NCBI GenBank assembly: GCA_010015585.1 | Contig: ML975162.1 | DNA from: Eremomyces bilateralis CBS 781.70 | Lineage: Eukaryota | DNA length: 64,000 bases | Strand: one strand, 5' to 3' | Shown: positions 1 through 12,938 of the stretch, piece by piece | Layout of the letters: each line of letters starts with the position of its first letter | How positions within the stretch are numbered: the stretch's first letter is position 1 | The notes under the pieces: generated by a model | Told to the model about the DNA's origin: nothing | The model's database searches: none | The model's input: only the letters and a program-made list of their open reading frames with translations | Position numbers and translations under genes: made by a program

Positions 1-303
1 TAAAGAGGCCAGAGAGTGAGAAAACTGGAAACCAGGCAAAGGGACGACCTTGCGCACTTGCCGACGGCCTCAAGTTTCATCACCATCATAGGTCCCCGGG
101 TAGGCAACAATATACACCCTTGGATGTCTTTCAGTTTCAATAAAGCCATGACCAGCCACTCGGTTTCCCCATAATATGCTCGCATCAATAATGGCGTTCT
201 CAGCTGATCGAAGATCTCCCCCTTGTCCCTCATCAACTATGCTTTTCAACACCGACTTTCCTTCTGGCTCCGGTTCAAACAGGCATCTGTATACCTGCAT
301 TCT

Positions 304-350
304 CAATGAGACCAATGAGACCAATGAAACCAATGAAACCAATGAGACCA
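304..350. repeat. 9-bp tandem repeat (CAATGARAC) x5
   Basis: CAATGAGAC CAATGAGAC CAATGAAAC CAATGAAAC CAATGAGAC read directly from 304. Confidence 0.95.
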
Positions 351-1592
351 TCTCATCACCGCCATGAAGTCCCCTTGGCCCTTCGTCAGCTTCGCCGGAC
401 GAGGCCGTCAGATTCGCGGGGATACAGAATTACAGATACCCTCCCGCCAGAAAAGGCACTTCGTACTGCATTCTAAGTTGCAGTATCGTCCAACATGCCC
501 GCATTCATGTTTACAGAGTACACATGATCGTCAAGTCCTCATTCGCCCAAGTCATGCTTCTTTCCAAGTACTGTAAGCTGTCATGATCAATCGTACATCT
601 CAGACCTACCCTATCCGTCAGCCCGAAGCGTCCTATGAACACCATCGGCTCCATTCAGATCTAGAGTCCTGGAGAGGATTATCTCCACTCCACTTCACCT
701 GCCTAATGGCCATCGCGGCATCGCCTCCTTACCCAGCTGGTATACCCCGCTAGCGGGGTGGTCCCCCAACCAGGTCACCGGCAACTCCAACAGCGTAATC
801 CCCACGATGCTGATTCGCCCCTCATCCGAACGCCGGTGTGGCAGGCCAGCACCATCGCGAGTTGTGCGACCCTGCAGCGGCAGCCCCGTCAATGCATGTT
901 CTTCCCTGCAGCCTACAGGAAACGGAAAGATTTATTCTTTCTGTTCTCGGATAGCCAGGGCAGCTCAGCCTCAGCTGGCAACCCTGGAATCCGGGAGCAT
1001 GAAGGCGTTTGAGGCGTCTTGTCTCGATCTCTCCGGGCATGGGGTGTGCTCGAGCGACAACAATGGGTCGATGACGGACTACGCTGCTGTATATAGCTTC
1101 TCGGTGAGCTCGAGGTGCGGTGTTCTTTTCTTGCTCCTGTTCAATCTCAAGAGCTATCGAATTCATCCTCCTTGTGTTCGGTTGCATTGTCCCAGCGCCT
1201 TCAAATTTCAGTTATTTTTGAGCAGTACCACTGTTACACTGCCTACCAGCGCTGTCTAATAGCGTCTCGCATTTTTGAATCAAGTAAAGTATTGAGTTAA
1301 GCACGCTTCGAGGCCAATTGCCTCGATTTTGAGTTCGCGAGCTTTATCAAGTGTTCGTGGGGTTGGAGACTGCTCGTCTAAGCACAAAAGTAGGAGGCAC
1401 GACAACTTCCGTGACAGTAGGTGCCTTTATTTCTCGGTATTTCATTGCTTCTGATAGTTGTGGAATTTGGCACATTGAGGAGCTCTATCATACAGGAATA
1501 AAGACTTTCTTCGTGCCATAATATCCACTTGGGCTCGGAGGTCGCTCCAATGGCTAATACATTCCAAGTCCCCATTGGGCGAAACCACCAAA

Positions 1593-4500
1593 ATGTCCGA
1601 CATCAAACCGCAAAATGAGCCGGTCGTCCCCAGCGACATCGAAAAGATCCGTTCCTCGATCGATACCAACTTCAAGAAATTTGCCGAGCTCATGAGCAAC
1701 ATCCGCAAGCCCGTCCCTGACCAGACCGGAAATGGATCGCACCTCAAGTTGCAGGACGATACGCCAGCGATCGTCAAGAAGGTGACGGATAATTTGTCGG
1801 ATCTGAGCCACCTTGGTATCCAGGATATCACCACACTCTTGGAGGCATTTTCGCACACCAAGAATGGAGAATTGGTGGACGACAAAAGCTACTTTATGGA
1901 GCGATTGATCCAGGTACCACCACCTCGTCTTCAGTGGTTGGAGTTGAACATTGATTCTGACTATGGAGGTAGTGCGCCGCAGACTTTCCCGATAACTCGA
2001 AGATGGGCGCCGACATCACGAATAATTTCCTGACACAGCTGTGGAATGATCTGGATCATCCACCGCAATCGTAAGAGCTTGTTACGAGCAGTCTCCAGCT
2101 GTTATCTGACCCCTTATAGATACTTGGGAAAGGACTGGCAGTATCGCTCTGCAGATGGGTCCAACAATGTACCCTCCCGTCTTCCGTACGCAGTACCGCA
2201 CTAACAAGAACAGAGCTTCATGCACCCGAACTTGGGTAAAGCCGGCACACCATACGCCCGCAGCGTTACGCCGCAAACCATGCAACCGGGCGTCCGACCT
2301 GATCCTGAGGTCATCTTCGATAGCCTCATGTCACGGAAAGTGCGCGAGGATCACCCGAACAAGATCTCCAGTGTTTTGTTTTACCTCGCATCCATAATCA
2401 TTCACGACCTCTTCAGGACGGACCGTGAGGATTTTAGGGTCTCGAACACATCCTCGTACCTGGATTTGTCTCCCCTATACGGTAGCTTCTGGGAGGAACA
2501 GAAATCGATGCGTACTTTCAAAGACGGAAAGATCAAGCCGGATTGCTTTGCTGAGAAGAGATTGCTGGCGTTCCCACCCGGCGTTGGCGTCTTGTTGATC
2601 ATGTTCAACAGGTTCCACAACTACATAGTCGATCAGCTCGCTCTGATCAATGAGGGCGGCCAGTTCACCAAGCCAAAGGAGGGGGCGACTGGAAAGAGGG
2701 CAAAAACATGGGAGCAATACGATGAGGATCTCTTCCAAACAGGTCGACTGATCACTTGTGGTCTTTACGTCAACATCATCCTCGCCGACTACGTCCGCAC
2801 CATTCTGAATCTCAACCAGACCAACAGCAATTGGAAGCTCGATCCCCGTGCCGATATCAAAGACCTCGAGAAGGGCAAGGGCAATCAGGTTTCTGCTGAA
2901 TTCAATCTCGTCTACAGATGGCACTCGACAATTTCGGAGCGAGACGAGAAATGGACCGAAGATTTCTTCCAGGAGCTGTTTGAGGGTAAGAAGCCCGATG
3001 ACGTTAGCTGGCATGATTTCGTCGTCCGTCTTTCCGAGCTAGATAAGCAAATCTCCGAGGACCCTTCCGAGCGACCGTTTGCTCGCCTCGAGCGCCAGGA
3101 AGATGGCACCTTCGACGACGATGATCTCGTGAAGATCATCACCGAGGGCATCGAGGACTGCGCCAACTCGTATGGAGCCCAGCGTGTTCCCGCTGTCATG
3201 AAGGCCGTGGAGGTGCTGGGCATCCAACAAGCTCGGGTCTGGAACGTTGCATCCCTGAATGAGTTTAGGAAGTACTTCGGACTCACTCCACACGAGACGT
3301 TCGAAGACATCAACTCCGATCCACATGTTGCGGATCAGTTGAAGCGGCTCTATGACCACCCCGACTACGTCGAACTATATCCAGGACTCATCGCCGAGGA
3401 AGCGAAGATCCCTATGGTCCCTGGTGCAGGTCTCACCCCGTCGTTCACAATTTCACGGGCTGTTCTGTCTGATGCGGTTGCGCTTGTGCGCGGTGACCGA
3501 TTTTATACGGTCGATTACCACCCGAAGAAGCTGACCAACTGGGGTTTCCATGAAGTGCAGGGTGACAATACCATTGACAATGGCTGCGTGTTCTTCAAGC
3601 TATTCTTGAGGGCGTTCCCCAAGCACTTCAAGCAAAATTCGGTTTACGCACACTATCCGATGACCGTCCCGTCCAAGATGAAGGATGTTCTTACCGTCTT
3701 GGAAACCGCCCATCTGTATGACTTTGAGAGGCCGAAGAAGACCAACGACCCGTCTATGGTGTTTAGCTATGCAGCTGCCTCGAAGGTTTTGAACGATCAG
3801 CAAACATTCAAAGTGACTTGGGGGCCTGCCATAGAGTTCCTTATGGGGCCCGCCGCGAAGGACTTCATGCTGTCGGGTGATGGACCGAAAAATGCCGAGT
3901 CTCGCAAAATGATGCACAAGTCTCTGTACGTCCAAGAATGGGAGAAGCAGGTTAAGGAGTACTACCTGGACATCACGAAGAAGCTCATCAAGGAGAAGTC
4001 ATACAAGCTGGCCGGGGTAAATCAAGTGGACATCATCCGCGACGTCGGCAACCTTGCCCACGTCCACTTCGGCTCGGATCTGTGGTCACTCCCTTTGAAG
4101 ACCAAAGAGCGTCCTCTCGGGGTCTTCACCGAATCCGAGATGTATCTCATCATGGCCGGAGTTTTCATCTGCGTCTTCTTCGACCTCGATCCCGCGAACT
4201 CTTTCCCACTCCGACAAAAGGCGTACAAGGCCACCCATGCGCTGGGTCAACTGGTGGAGGCCAACGTCACGGAAGTCAAGCTCGGCGGTATCTTTAACCA
4301 GCTCTTCTCCGCCATATTCCCGAAACCGTCTCCCCTCACTGACTACGGGCTCCAGCTCACTAAACGCCTCCTGGAGTCGGGCATGGATGTGAAGAAGCTC
4401 GTCTGGGGTCATATTTTGGGCACTGCGGGTGGTATGATCCCAAACCAAGGCCAACTCTTCGGCCAGATCCTGGAGTTCTACCTCACGGTCCCAGAGGGAC

Positions 4501-5096
4501 AGAAACACCTTCCTGAAATCCGGAAGCTGGCCCTCCAGGATTCCGACGAGGCATTCGACAAGCTCATGCACTACGTTCTAGAAGGTGCTCGACTGTACGG
4601 AGAGACGGGCGTTTTCCGCGCCGTCGCAACGCCAACTACCGTCCAGGACGGCAACCACGAGGTCCACCTGAAGCCCGGTGACGTGGTGATGGTGAACCTC
4701 CGCGCCGCCTCACACGACGCCGCGGCGTTCCCGAACCCCAAGAAGGTGGACCTGACCCGGCCGATCGACAAGTACATCTTCCTCGGCCAAGGCCCGCACG
4801 AATGCCTGGGTCTGGCGATGACGCGGATTTCGCTCACGTCCATGCTGAAGGTCGTCGGCGCGTTGCCGAACCTCCGCCCCGCGAAGGGCCCGCAAGGGAA
4901 GGTGCAGAAGGTGAAGAAAATCGTGAAGGGCCACGAGGACTTGCCTGAGGAGTGGAGTTATCATGCGTATTTGACCGAGAATTGGGATTCGTTCTTCCCA
5001 TTCCCTTGCTGTAAGTGCATGCCTTTCCAAGTGCATAGAACACAATGGTTTACTAACCCTTTTATAGCTCTCAAAGCAAATTGGGATGACGAGTGA
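1593..5096 (+). CDS. Fatty acid dioxygenase-cytochrome P450 fusion (linoleate diol synthase / Ppo family), about 5 exons
   Basis: Exons join as MSDIKPQ...ERLIQ|CAADFP...LWNDLDHPPQS|YLGKDWQYRSADGSNN|SFMHPNLGKAG. Heme peroxidase motifs IIIHDLF and EFNLVYRWH; C-terminal P450 domain with PNQGQLF and GQGPHECLG; last intron about 5011-5067. Confidence 0.93.
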
Positions 5097-5651
5097 AGGT
5101 AATCTGAACCGGTCAGGATTATCGTTGCTATCTTTGGTGGTGGTCGGATCTAAGCTATTTCTCGCCAGATACTTCCGATTTATAGACGGGTGTCCTTTGG
5201 ATGATCTATGGGGCAAAATTTGGATCGAGCAGCATCGAGATCCTTGCCTCTGGAATTGTTGATGTCCGGTACATATTTTTGGATATGCAGCCCTTTCGTC
5301 TGTAGTTCTGAATGCTTAAGCTATGAACACAGTTCACTCCAAATTAAGTGTTTAAGGAATAATTATCCTTTTCAGCCTTTTCCATTTCAGAGTGCAATTT
5401 GGAGTACCTCGGTTCATGATTTCGTCCCCGCCCATATCTTGCTGTACTGCGAATCGGTTGTATCTCGTATTCAGTCTCCCCTCTTCGGGTTCCGTCCTGT
5501 GTGAAACTCCAGTGTCTGATCCAGCCCGCACCCCTAGTATAAGATAGTTGCACCGCCTGTATGCCACGGTAAGTATAATGTTTGCCCTAGACAAATAGAT
5601 CAGTTTTCCATTAAAGTTTTGGTTTGGTCTTATTTCGATTCCACCGCGAAG

Positions 5652-6422
5652 ATGCCATCCCCATACATTCTTGTCGCCAACTCCCGTGCCACCACTGTCG
5701 ACGATGACCTCTGGTCCAAGTTCTACAGCGAAGAGCACATCCCCGATGTCATCAGCTGCGGTGTCGCGACCAAGGGGCTGGTTTATAAAGAAACGTTTGA
5801 TTATCCTGGAGCTCCACCTACCAAGCGCGAGCCGCTGAACTTCACCGTCATTTATCAATCGCCTCACCAAAGGCCGCTTTCAACGCCAGGGGCTGCCAAA
5901 ATACGACATGATAGTGACGTTTTGCCAAGGCCATCCTTGGAATGTGGTGAGGTAGACGTGAGGCAGTATGAGCTGATTCAGGAGTATGACCCATTGAAGA
6001 CGGGTGATGGTGAGTTTGATCCATCCCCCTCGGGAGGTATGTATCCTACAAAGATATTGGGCTAAGCTCTAATAGATCCCGCTCCTGTCATTCTCTGGGT
6101 TGAAATTGAAGTTGGGGATGAGGAGGACATGGACCAGTGGTATCGGAAAGAGCATCTTGACATGGTGGCAAAAATCCCGGGGCATCGCCGCTCGCTGAGA
6201 TACAAGGCTGGAAATAAGATCGGGGGTATGACCCAGCCCATAAAATATCTAGGGGTGAATGATTTCGACACCGTAGATGGATTTGGAGGCAAAGAGTTTG
6301 CCGAGAGCGCGGCGACCGAATGGGCCAAAAAGGTTAAAGGGGACGTGAAGGCTGCGAAGATGAGGGTCTTCAAACTCGAGCGTGCGGTGGGGTATGGAGA
6401 ACCCCGAACAGCGAAAATTTAG
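5652..6422 (+). CDS. EthD-like dimeric alpha/beta barrel protein, 2 exons
   Basis: Two repeats of the W/F-Y-x-x-E-H-(I/L)-x-x-V pattern (FYSEEHIPDV; WYRKEHLDMV); intron GTGAGT...CTAATAG at about 6010-6075. Confidence 0.7.
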
Positions 6423-6550
6423 ATAGTTGGTCATAATGATACAGTGCAGCGACAGTGATACAAGTTACATATACAAGAGCGTGGACTTACGATATCGTAA
6501 CCGCTCCACAGCCTTCCCCAAACGCCATGCTGCTGATGAAGGACCAGGAC

Positions 6551-7491
6551 TCATGAGCCCGAGTCCATTAACCTGCTCTTCATCAGCACCATCGGCTTCT
6601 CCTGATCCACGTGTCCAAATTTCAAGCCCGACTCAATAACCTCTCCGTCGGACAGCTGATCTAGCCCCGCGATGACCCTTCGCATGTAACTCACCACCTG
6701 CGCCAAGGCCACGAAATCCACGTCCTTTTCGCCCTGGAATAAATTCCGCCAAACGGCAGCGGCAAGGGCAGCGTCCCCTTTGACGAGGCCCTCGTCGTAA
6801 GACACCAGACAGCCTCTCCACTGTGTGAAAAGGTCTTTGAGGAACTTATTCCTCATGCCTCGCATCGTCATCAGGTGGAGCACCTCCATTTTCGCTTCGG
6901 CGTCGTGGAAGAAATGGTCCGTTAGATGCTGGTGCCAAGTGGTCGCGTACTCGGGTGGAAACATCCGGAACCGCACGGTCAAAAGATACATGTGTAGGAA
7001 AGTCACATGTGCCCATGTGCTGAAGGTCGGCTCGAGTTTCAATTCGTCGTACCACCACCCTTCGCCCACACCGAGGTGTTTGCCGCTTTTTGAAAGAGGG
7101 ATCTCGCCCAGGGATTTGTCGCGGGCTTGAGGGACGTTGTAGATGGCTTGACTTGCGCATTCTTTATACAGATGTTCCGTGGCGCCAAATGCATGGTATG
7201 TCTCAACCATAGCGGGAGCGCGGTTTTGCAGGACTTTGGCGACACGCTGAACGGGAGTCGGTCGGGAAGGTCGATTCGGAGAGGACCCTTTCGTCTGCTC
7301 TTGGGCCTGGGCTTGGGATTGAGAGGAGTTGAAGCGGGTAAGCGGTAAAAGGGACGATGACGACTGGAAATTCTAGTATCATCAGCATCTTATACCATTG
7401 GATCTAGGCCATTGTAACTCACGGGTATAAAAGGCGCCCATTGGGCTCGGACTGAGCGGAGACATGCTCGACATGTCCACGAGGGGTTCAT
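6551..7491 (-). CDS. CBP3: Mitochondrial cytochrome b translation/assembly chaperone Cbp3
   Basis: HMYLLTVRFR, QWRGCLVSYDEGLVKGDAALAAAVWRNLF; Arg-rich presequence MNPSWTCRACLRSVRAQ followed by an intron. Confidence 0.9.
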
Positions 7492-7874
7492 GCTGCCGAA
7501 GTGCAAAGGAGAGTTGCGATGGAGAAATAGAAAGGGAAGAATAGATCTTGTCGTAATTACAATATGTACATAGCTCACGTTGATGTAGGATTGATTCTGG
7601 TGCGCGGCTTAAGCCTGAATATGTCAATGACCTCGAAACTTTTTGGTTGAAGTCAGAGATCCACAACCCCCGTCTGGCTGATCATCGCACGATCGTTGGA
7701 TATTGGCCTCAGGCTGAAAGGCACCAAGTCTGCTTGTGAGATTGACAGCATCCAACTTGGTTGAGACGTTCTGGTCTCCTTAAATACAAGTAGCCAATAT
7801 TGATCAACAATGCCCCGAGTGTATATTACAGATCCTAAAACTTCTAGCTCAACTGAGCTTCTTGGTGAGGTGAA

Positions 7875-9302
7875 ATGAGGAGAGTGGTCGTGACCGGGCT
7901 TGGAGCTTTAACGCCTCTTGGAGTCGGTTTGTATATTCTCCTCCATAGCAGACACGTCTCTAACAAACTTAGGTGTCCGGCAATCATGGACTCAACTGCT
8001 CAATAAGAAATGCGGAGTAGTGGCTCTTCGCGATAAAGCCCGCTTCCCGTCCATCCCATCTCAAATTGCCGCGTATGTGCCACTTGGCTCCAAAGCCAAT
8101 GGCGGATGGGATCCTCAGGAATGGCTCTCCTCTTCGGAGCTACGCAAGATGGCCGATTTCGCCCAATTTGCCATGGCTGCTTCCGACGAAGCGCTCACTG
8201 ACTCCGGCTGGGAGCCGAAAAGCCAGGAAGACTGCGAAGCAACTGGGGTATATATCGGTTCCGGCATTGGAAGCCTGGAAGATGTCTACTCAACCTCACT
8301 TGCCTTTGCCAAGTCCGGATATCGCAAGGTATCTCCATTATTCGTGCCCCGTCTGTTGATCAATCTGGCAGCCGGGCATGTGTCCATGAAGTACGGTTTG
8401 AAAGGACCAAATCATGCGGCTACCACGGCTTGCACTACTGGGGCGCATGCAATAGGCGATGCAGCAAGGATGGTGGCATTTGGAGATGCCGACGTCATGG
8501 TCGCAGGTGGAGCAGAGTCATGCATTCACCCATTGGCAATGGCAGGATTTGCAAGAGCGAGAAGTTTGGCGACCGATTGGAATGAGGCCCCTAATCTCGC
8601 GTCGAGACCATTCGATAGGGACCGAGCCGGGTTTGTTATAGGGGAGGGAACTGGGGTTGTCGTGCTTGAAGTAAGTATCTCAATTCAACATCGCGAACAG
8701 TGCCTAACTACTGCAGGAACTGGAGCACGCCAAACGACGAAATGCTCGCATCTATGCGGAAGTCAAGGGATACGGCGTCTCCTCCGATGCATATCATATG
8801 ACTGCGCCTCGTGAAGATGGCGAAGGTCCTTACTTGGCTATGAAGCGTGCATTGAGAAATTCTGGCATAAAGCCTAAGGAGGTTGGCTATGTCAATGCCC
8901 ATGCTACGTCCACCGTGCTCGGTGACGCTGCCGAAAATCGTGCTGTGAAGAATCTCCTTCTCGGAGAGGAAGGCCATGATCGCCCAGAAGACATCAATAT
9001 CAGTAGCGTCAAGGGTGCTATTGGTCATCTTCTGGGTGCGGCGGGCGCAGTCGAGGCAATTTTCACCATTCTAGCTCTCTATCATGTGAGTTGAGATCCT
9101 ATACAAGTTGGTCGTGTAGCTAATAATATGTTAGGGTACACTTCCGCCAACATTGAATCAGGACAACCCAGCGGATCCTCTGGAGCAATTTAATTGCAAC
9201 TATGTCCCGAACGAGCCGCAGAGGAAGGACATCTCTGTTGCCATCACCAATAGCTTCGGGTTCGGCGGGACGAACGCATCGCTCTGTTTCGCCCGGGTAT
9301 GA
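7875..9302 (+). CDS. CEM1: Mitochondrial 3-oxoacyl-ACP synthase (FabF-like), 4 exons
   Basis: [17 protein letters not shown] start, TACTTGAH catalytic Cys, [34 protein letters not shown] end; stop TGA at 9300-9302. Confidence 0.92.
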
Positions 9303-9324
9303 GATGGATGAGACTTCCCAGGTG

Positions 9325-10927
9325 TCACCGCTTCGGTGCGACAGTAACTTCGGCCCCTTTTGTTGGGCTCCCGGCTGCTTCCTCATCCAAAGTAGGCTCC
9401 ACAAACAGAATTGGATCATCGGCCTGGACTTCCTCGGCATCAGTCTCCAGCACCGCCGTTTGCCTTCTATCACGAATGCGATCAACTCGTCTCCTCCACG
9501 GCCCATAGACAACCATGCTAAGCAGGCCGAATACGACGAAGGACGCACAGATGGAGCCGCCTGCGTTCGAACCCGCTTGTTAGTTGTACGTAACGAAAGG
9601 GAAATCGTGGAGCTGATTCTCACCTATTACATCATAATGGTCTCCTGCGCTCTCAACGCCATCCCAGAAGTGGCCTTCCGGCTCACCTAGTGCATTCCTT
9701 AATAGCGACAACAGTTGAATGACGCCGATAACGACCGCGACGATCACAGTAATGACGGTCAGCACGATGCTGTAATACAAGATCGCTATCTTGTCGCGAG
9801 CAAGGGATGTCATCGTGTACAGGCTCATCATGAGAGCCCCATCCGTGGTGTCAAGCAGACACATGCCCGCAGTGAACAATAGTGGGAGGACGAGGATCAG
9901 CCACATTGACGTCCCTTTCACCGCCTCTATGGAAGAGATGCCCAGAAGAGCAACTTCAGAAGAAGTATCAAATCCGAGCCCGAAGAGGACCCCGAGGGGA
10001 TACATCTTCCATGGTCTCAACGAAGTCAGCAATGCACAGAACTAGGACTGGATTCCGCACTTACCGGTCGACAATCTTGAAGAGACGCTTCATCAGGTGA
10101 AACAGACATCCTCCACCTACCAGTCGGAACTCTTCATCCTCACCTTCGTAGATGATGGCATTCAACTGCTTGATCAGCTTATACAGAATGAAGCAATTTG
10201 CGACCCCTAAAAGGATCAAGAACGCGGCCGATACCGACGTGCCGATGATCCCTCCTATCCTTGAGAAGTCATCAAACTTGTCAGAGACCGCGGAAGCCGT
10301 AGCGGCAACCGCGATGGAGGTGAGTATGACAATGCTGTCGCGCCAATTGCCGTCAGATCATGAAAGATTTCACATGGAAATAGAGGCAGGGACGTACGTG
10401 GAGTGGCCGAGAGAGAAGAACATGCCCACCGTCACGGGTTTCTGACCCGCTGCGATCAACCGCCTCGTCATTAAATCGATTGCCTATCTATTGTCAACCT
10501 TTCCAGCCTAGTGAGCTGAATTTGCGGTAGCTTACCGAGATGTGATCTGCATCTAAGGCGTGGCGTAGCCCAAGAGTATATGCCAACAAGGCAGTAGACA
10601 CGAGCGATCCATGAAATGACTGACCACTATCAATTCTTGCTGTGTCACTGGCATCTAAGCTTGGGAGCGAATTCATACCAACACCACCCCTACCGCAACC
10701 CACACTACGATGTTCACCAGAGATATCAGTGCTATGATGCCCACTGCCTTTGCTGGTAATCGCCGAATAAGGGGCACTTTCGAGTGTCCCGCTACAAATT
10801 GGTCATAACATTTCGAAAGTAATGTTTTTGATCCTCCGTCAATTGAGTCGATGGACGGAGGCCTTGTTTCGGCTTCATCTTGATACGGCATCGGCGGGGC
10901 TACTGGATTGCCAGCTGAGGTAGCCAT
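9325..10927 (-). CDS. High-affinity nickel transporter (NiCoT family), multi-exon
   Basis: Signature LGLRHALDADHI; FSLGHST; GVLFGLGFDTSSEV. Confidence 0.92.
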
Positions 10928-11438
10928 GGCAGTCAAGAGGTATCGGTCGTCCAAGATAGGTTTTATTTCCCTCCTCAATATAGTCATTAAATAAGCTGGT
11001 ATGTATTTCAGACTAGACCACAAGAAAATCGGGATAAATTTGGACGCATCTTAATATGTGCCAGTTATCAGTGCTGTGGGCACATCAAATAATGCCCATA
11101 ATATTTCTTGGCCTTTCTCGGCGTCCAAGCTGAGTGGAGTTGGAGGGGATGCTCTATGATTGGGCGACAAATGCTGCTTGTATCATTCTTGAATTGGTCA
11201 TAACTTAATAGATAATAACAAATAGGATCTGAAAGACTGTGAATTATGAGGGTCTTTCGAGTCTAAATGTATTTGTCAGGGTCGTGAAAGCCATAGCAGT
11301 CGGGGGGCCAAGCGATGGCTTCTTATCATTAAGTAGCGGTTATTGACAATATATTACATGTTTAAACTGTTGTACAAGAAATGCTACAACCGTACCTCAA
11401 TACTCCTAGAGACATCAGACGGGATCCGCCAGCAGATC

Positions 11439-12761
11439 TTATTTTGCTTCTCCTCTCTTGTCATTCCCTCCGGTTCCACCTGGTTGGCTCTCAGGAGGCT
11501 CACCAAATCCCTGCGGCCTCCTCCTCCAAACCGGAGGTTCACCAGGCTCTCCCTTCCCCACTCCTAATATCCTCCACTTCTTCGGCGGCTTCATGCCCTT
11601 CTCCTGCGCATATTTCTCCCACACCTGGATCCCCCGCCTCTCCCACCGTTCCCTCCGCTCCTCCATCTGCTCGTTCGACGGACGCCATTTGGTCTTCAGG
11701 ATCCGCCGAATGGCTTCGGGGGAGACTTCGAACTCCTGGGCGAGCAGGGGCGTGGTGAACGTCTCCGGGGACTGCGAGTGCAGTGCGCGGATTCCTTCGA
11801 TCACGTCGGGGGAGAGGCGTTTCCGTGGATTCCAGCCCTCCTCGCCGAATTTGCGTTTCAGAGCCTCTTTCTGAACCTGCCAGGATTCCGTCTTCTTGAA
11901 AGTGGAAACTTCGTTCTTGGATTTCTTAACGGCCTCTGTCGGTGCCTTGGCCTTCAGATCAATATCCTCATCTGCTCCGTCAGCTTCTTGTCTCTCCTTT
12001 TCCCGTTGTTTGTGCCGCTTGGCCTTGATATCCTTAGGATCTTCACCGGCATCTATAGCTTCCTGTCTCTCCTTTTCTCGTCGTTCGCGTCGTACGCCCT
12101 TCTTCCGCTCGCGGACCTCAGGCAGCATGAATCTCCGGGTGAGTTTTTTTCCCGTCCGCTCCTTTGCCTCGACTGGATCGTCGGACTCATCAACAGCCGG
12201 CTTCCTACTCTTTGAGCTCTTTGCCATATCTTGGAGAGAAGGCTTGCTTCTGCGTATATTCGACCCCCTTGAGCCAATGGCAGAGCTTAGCCGATTGCCA
12301 GCCTTAGTCTTGTTCTTAGAGTCCACGCTGCCCTTGCCCCGAGCGTGTGGCCGCTCTCTAGTGTGCCTCTTCCTACCAGGTCCTGTTCCGCCATCCTGCT
12401 TCTGCGACCGGGCAGGCTTTGTTTTCGAAGACTTGGAATTGGCTCCGGCATCCTGCTTGTGCGATCGGGGAGGCTTTGTTTTGGAATACGTGGATTTTAT
12501 TCCGTCCTCCTGCTTGTGCGATTGAGGAGACTGTTTTTTTGAATACTGGGACTTGGTTCCGTGTTTTTTCGGTGAATCGCTTTTTGTATGTTTTACAACC
12601 GGGGGGACATCCCGTTCTAAGCGAATTGTAGAGCTCGAGAACTGCTGGAGTCGAAGCACATTAGGCCTTGGTGCAAGAAACTGGACCTGGGCAGCCCGGA
12701 GGAAATGTCGAGGATTCGTGTATATAAAGCACGACTTGATCGCGCACGAATTGCAGAGCAT
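11439..12761 (-). CDS. RRG9: Required for respiratory growth protein 9 (neugrin-like), mitochondrial
   Basis: [23 protein letters not shown]...[21 protein letters not shown]-terminal presequence-like region. Confidence 0.85.
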   Translation of the reverse strand: MLCNSCAIKSCFIYTNPRHFLRAAQVQFLAPRPNVLRLQQFSSSTIRLERDVPPVVKHTKSDSPKKHGTKSQYSKKQSPQSHKQEDGIKSTYSKTKPPRSHKQDAGANSKSSKTKPARSQKQDGGTGPGRKRHTRERPHARGKGSVDSKNKTKAGNRLSSAIGSRGSNIRRSKPSLQDMAKSSKSRKPAVDESDDPVEAKERTGKKLTRRFMLPEVRERKKGVRRERREKERQEAIDAGEDPKDIKAKRHKQREKERQEADGADEDIDLKAKAPTEAVKKSKNEVSTFKKTESWQVQKEALKRKFGEEGWNPRKRLSPDVIEGIRALHSQSPETFTTPLLAQEFEVSPEAIRRILKTKWRPSNEQMEERRERWERRGIQVWEKYAQEKGMKPPKKWRILGVGKGEPGEPPVWRRRPQGFGEPPESQPGGTGGNDKRGEAK

Positions 12762-12938
12762 CGGCTAAATGGCGACAAGAATGCGATGTAGCGTCACGTA
12801 ACTGGAGTGAACTTCTTTAAAATATTGGGTTCATGTTGAGAATTGAGATATCTGAACTTTCTGATATGAAGCACTGACAATTGTGACAAACTTTCCATCT
12901 GTGCTCACAACGGAGGAACCCTCCAACCCTCCAACCCT

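Noticed and set aside
70..367. ORFs with VSL/NET repeats
   Set aside because: The periodicity comes from the 9-bp DNA repeat; no recognisable protein family
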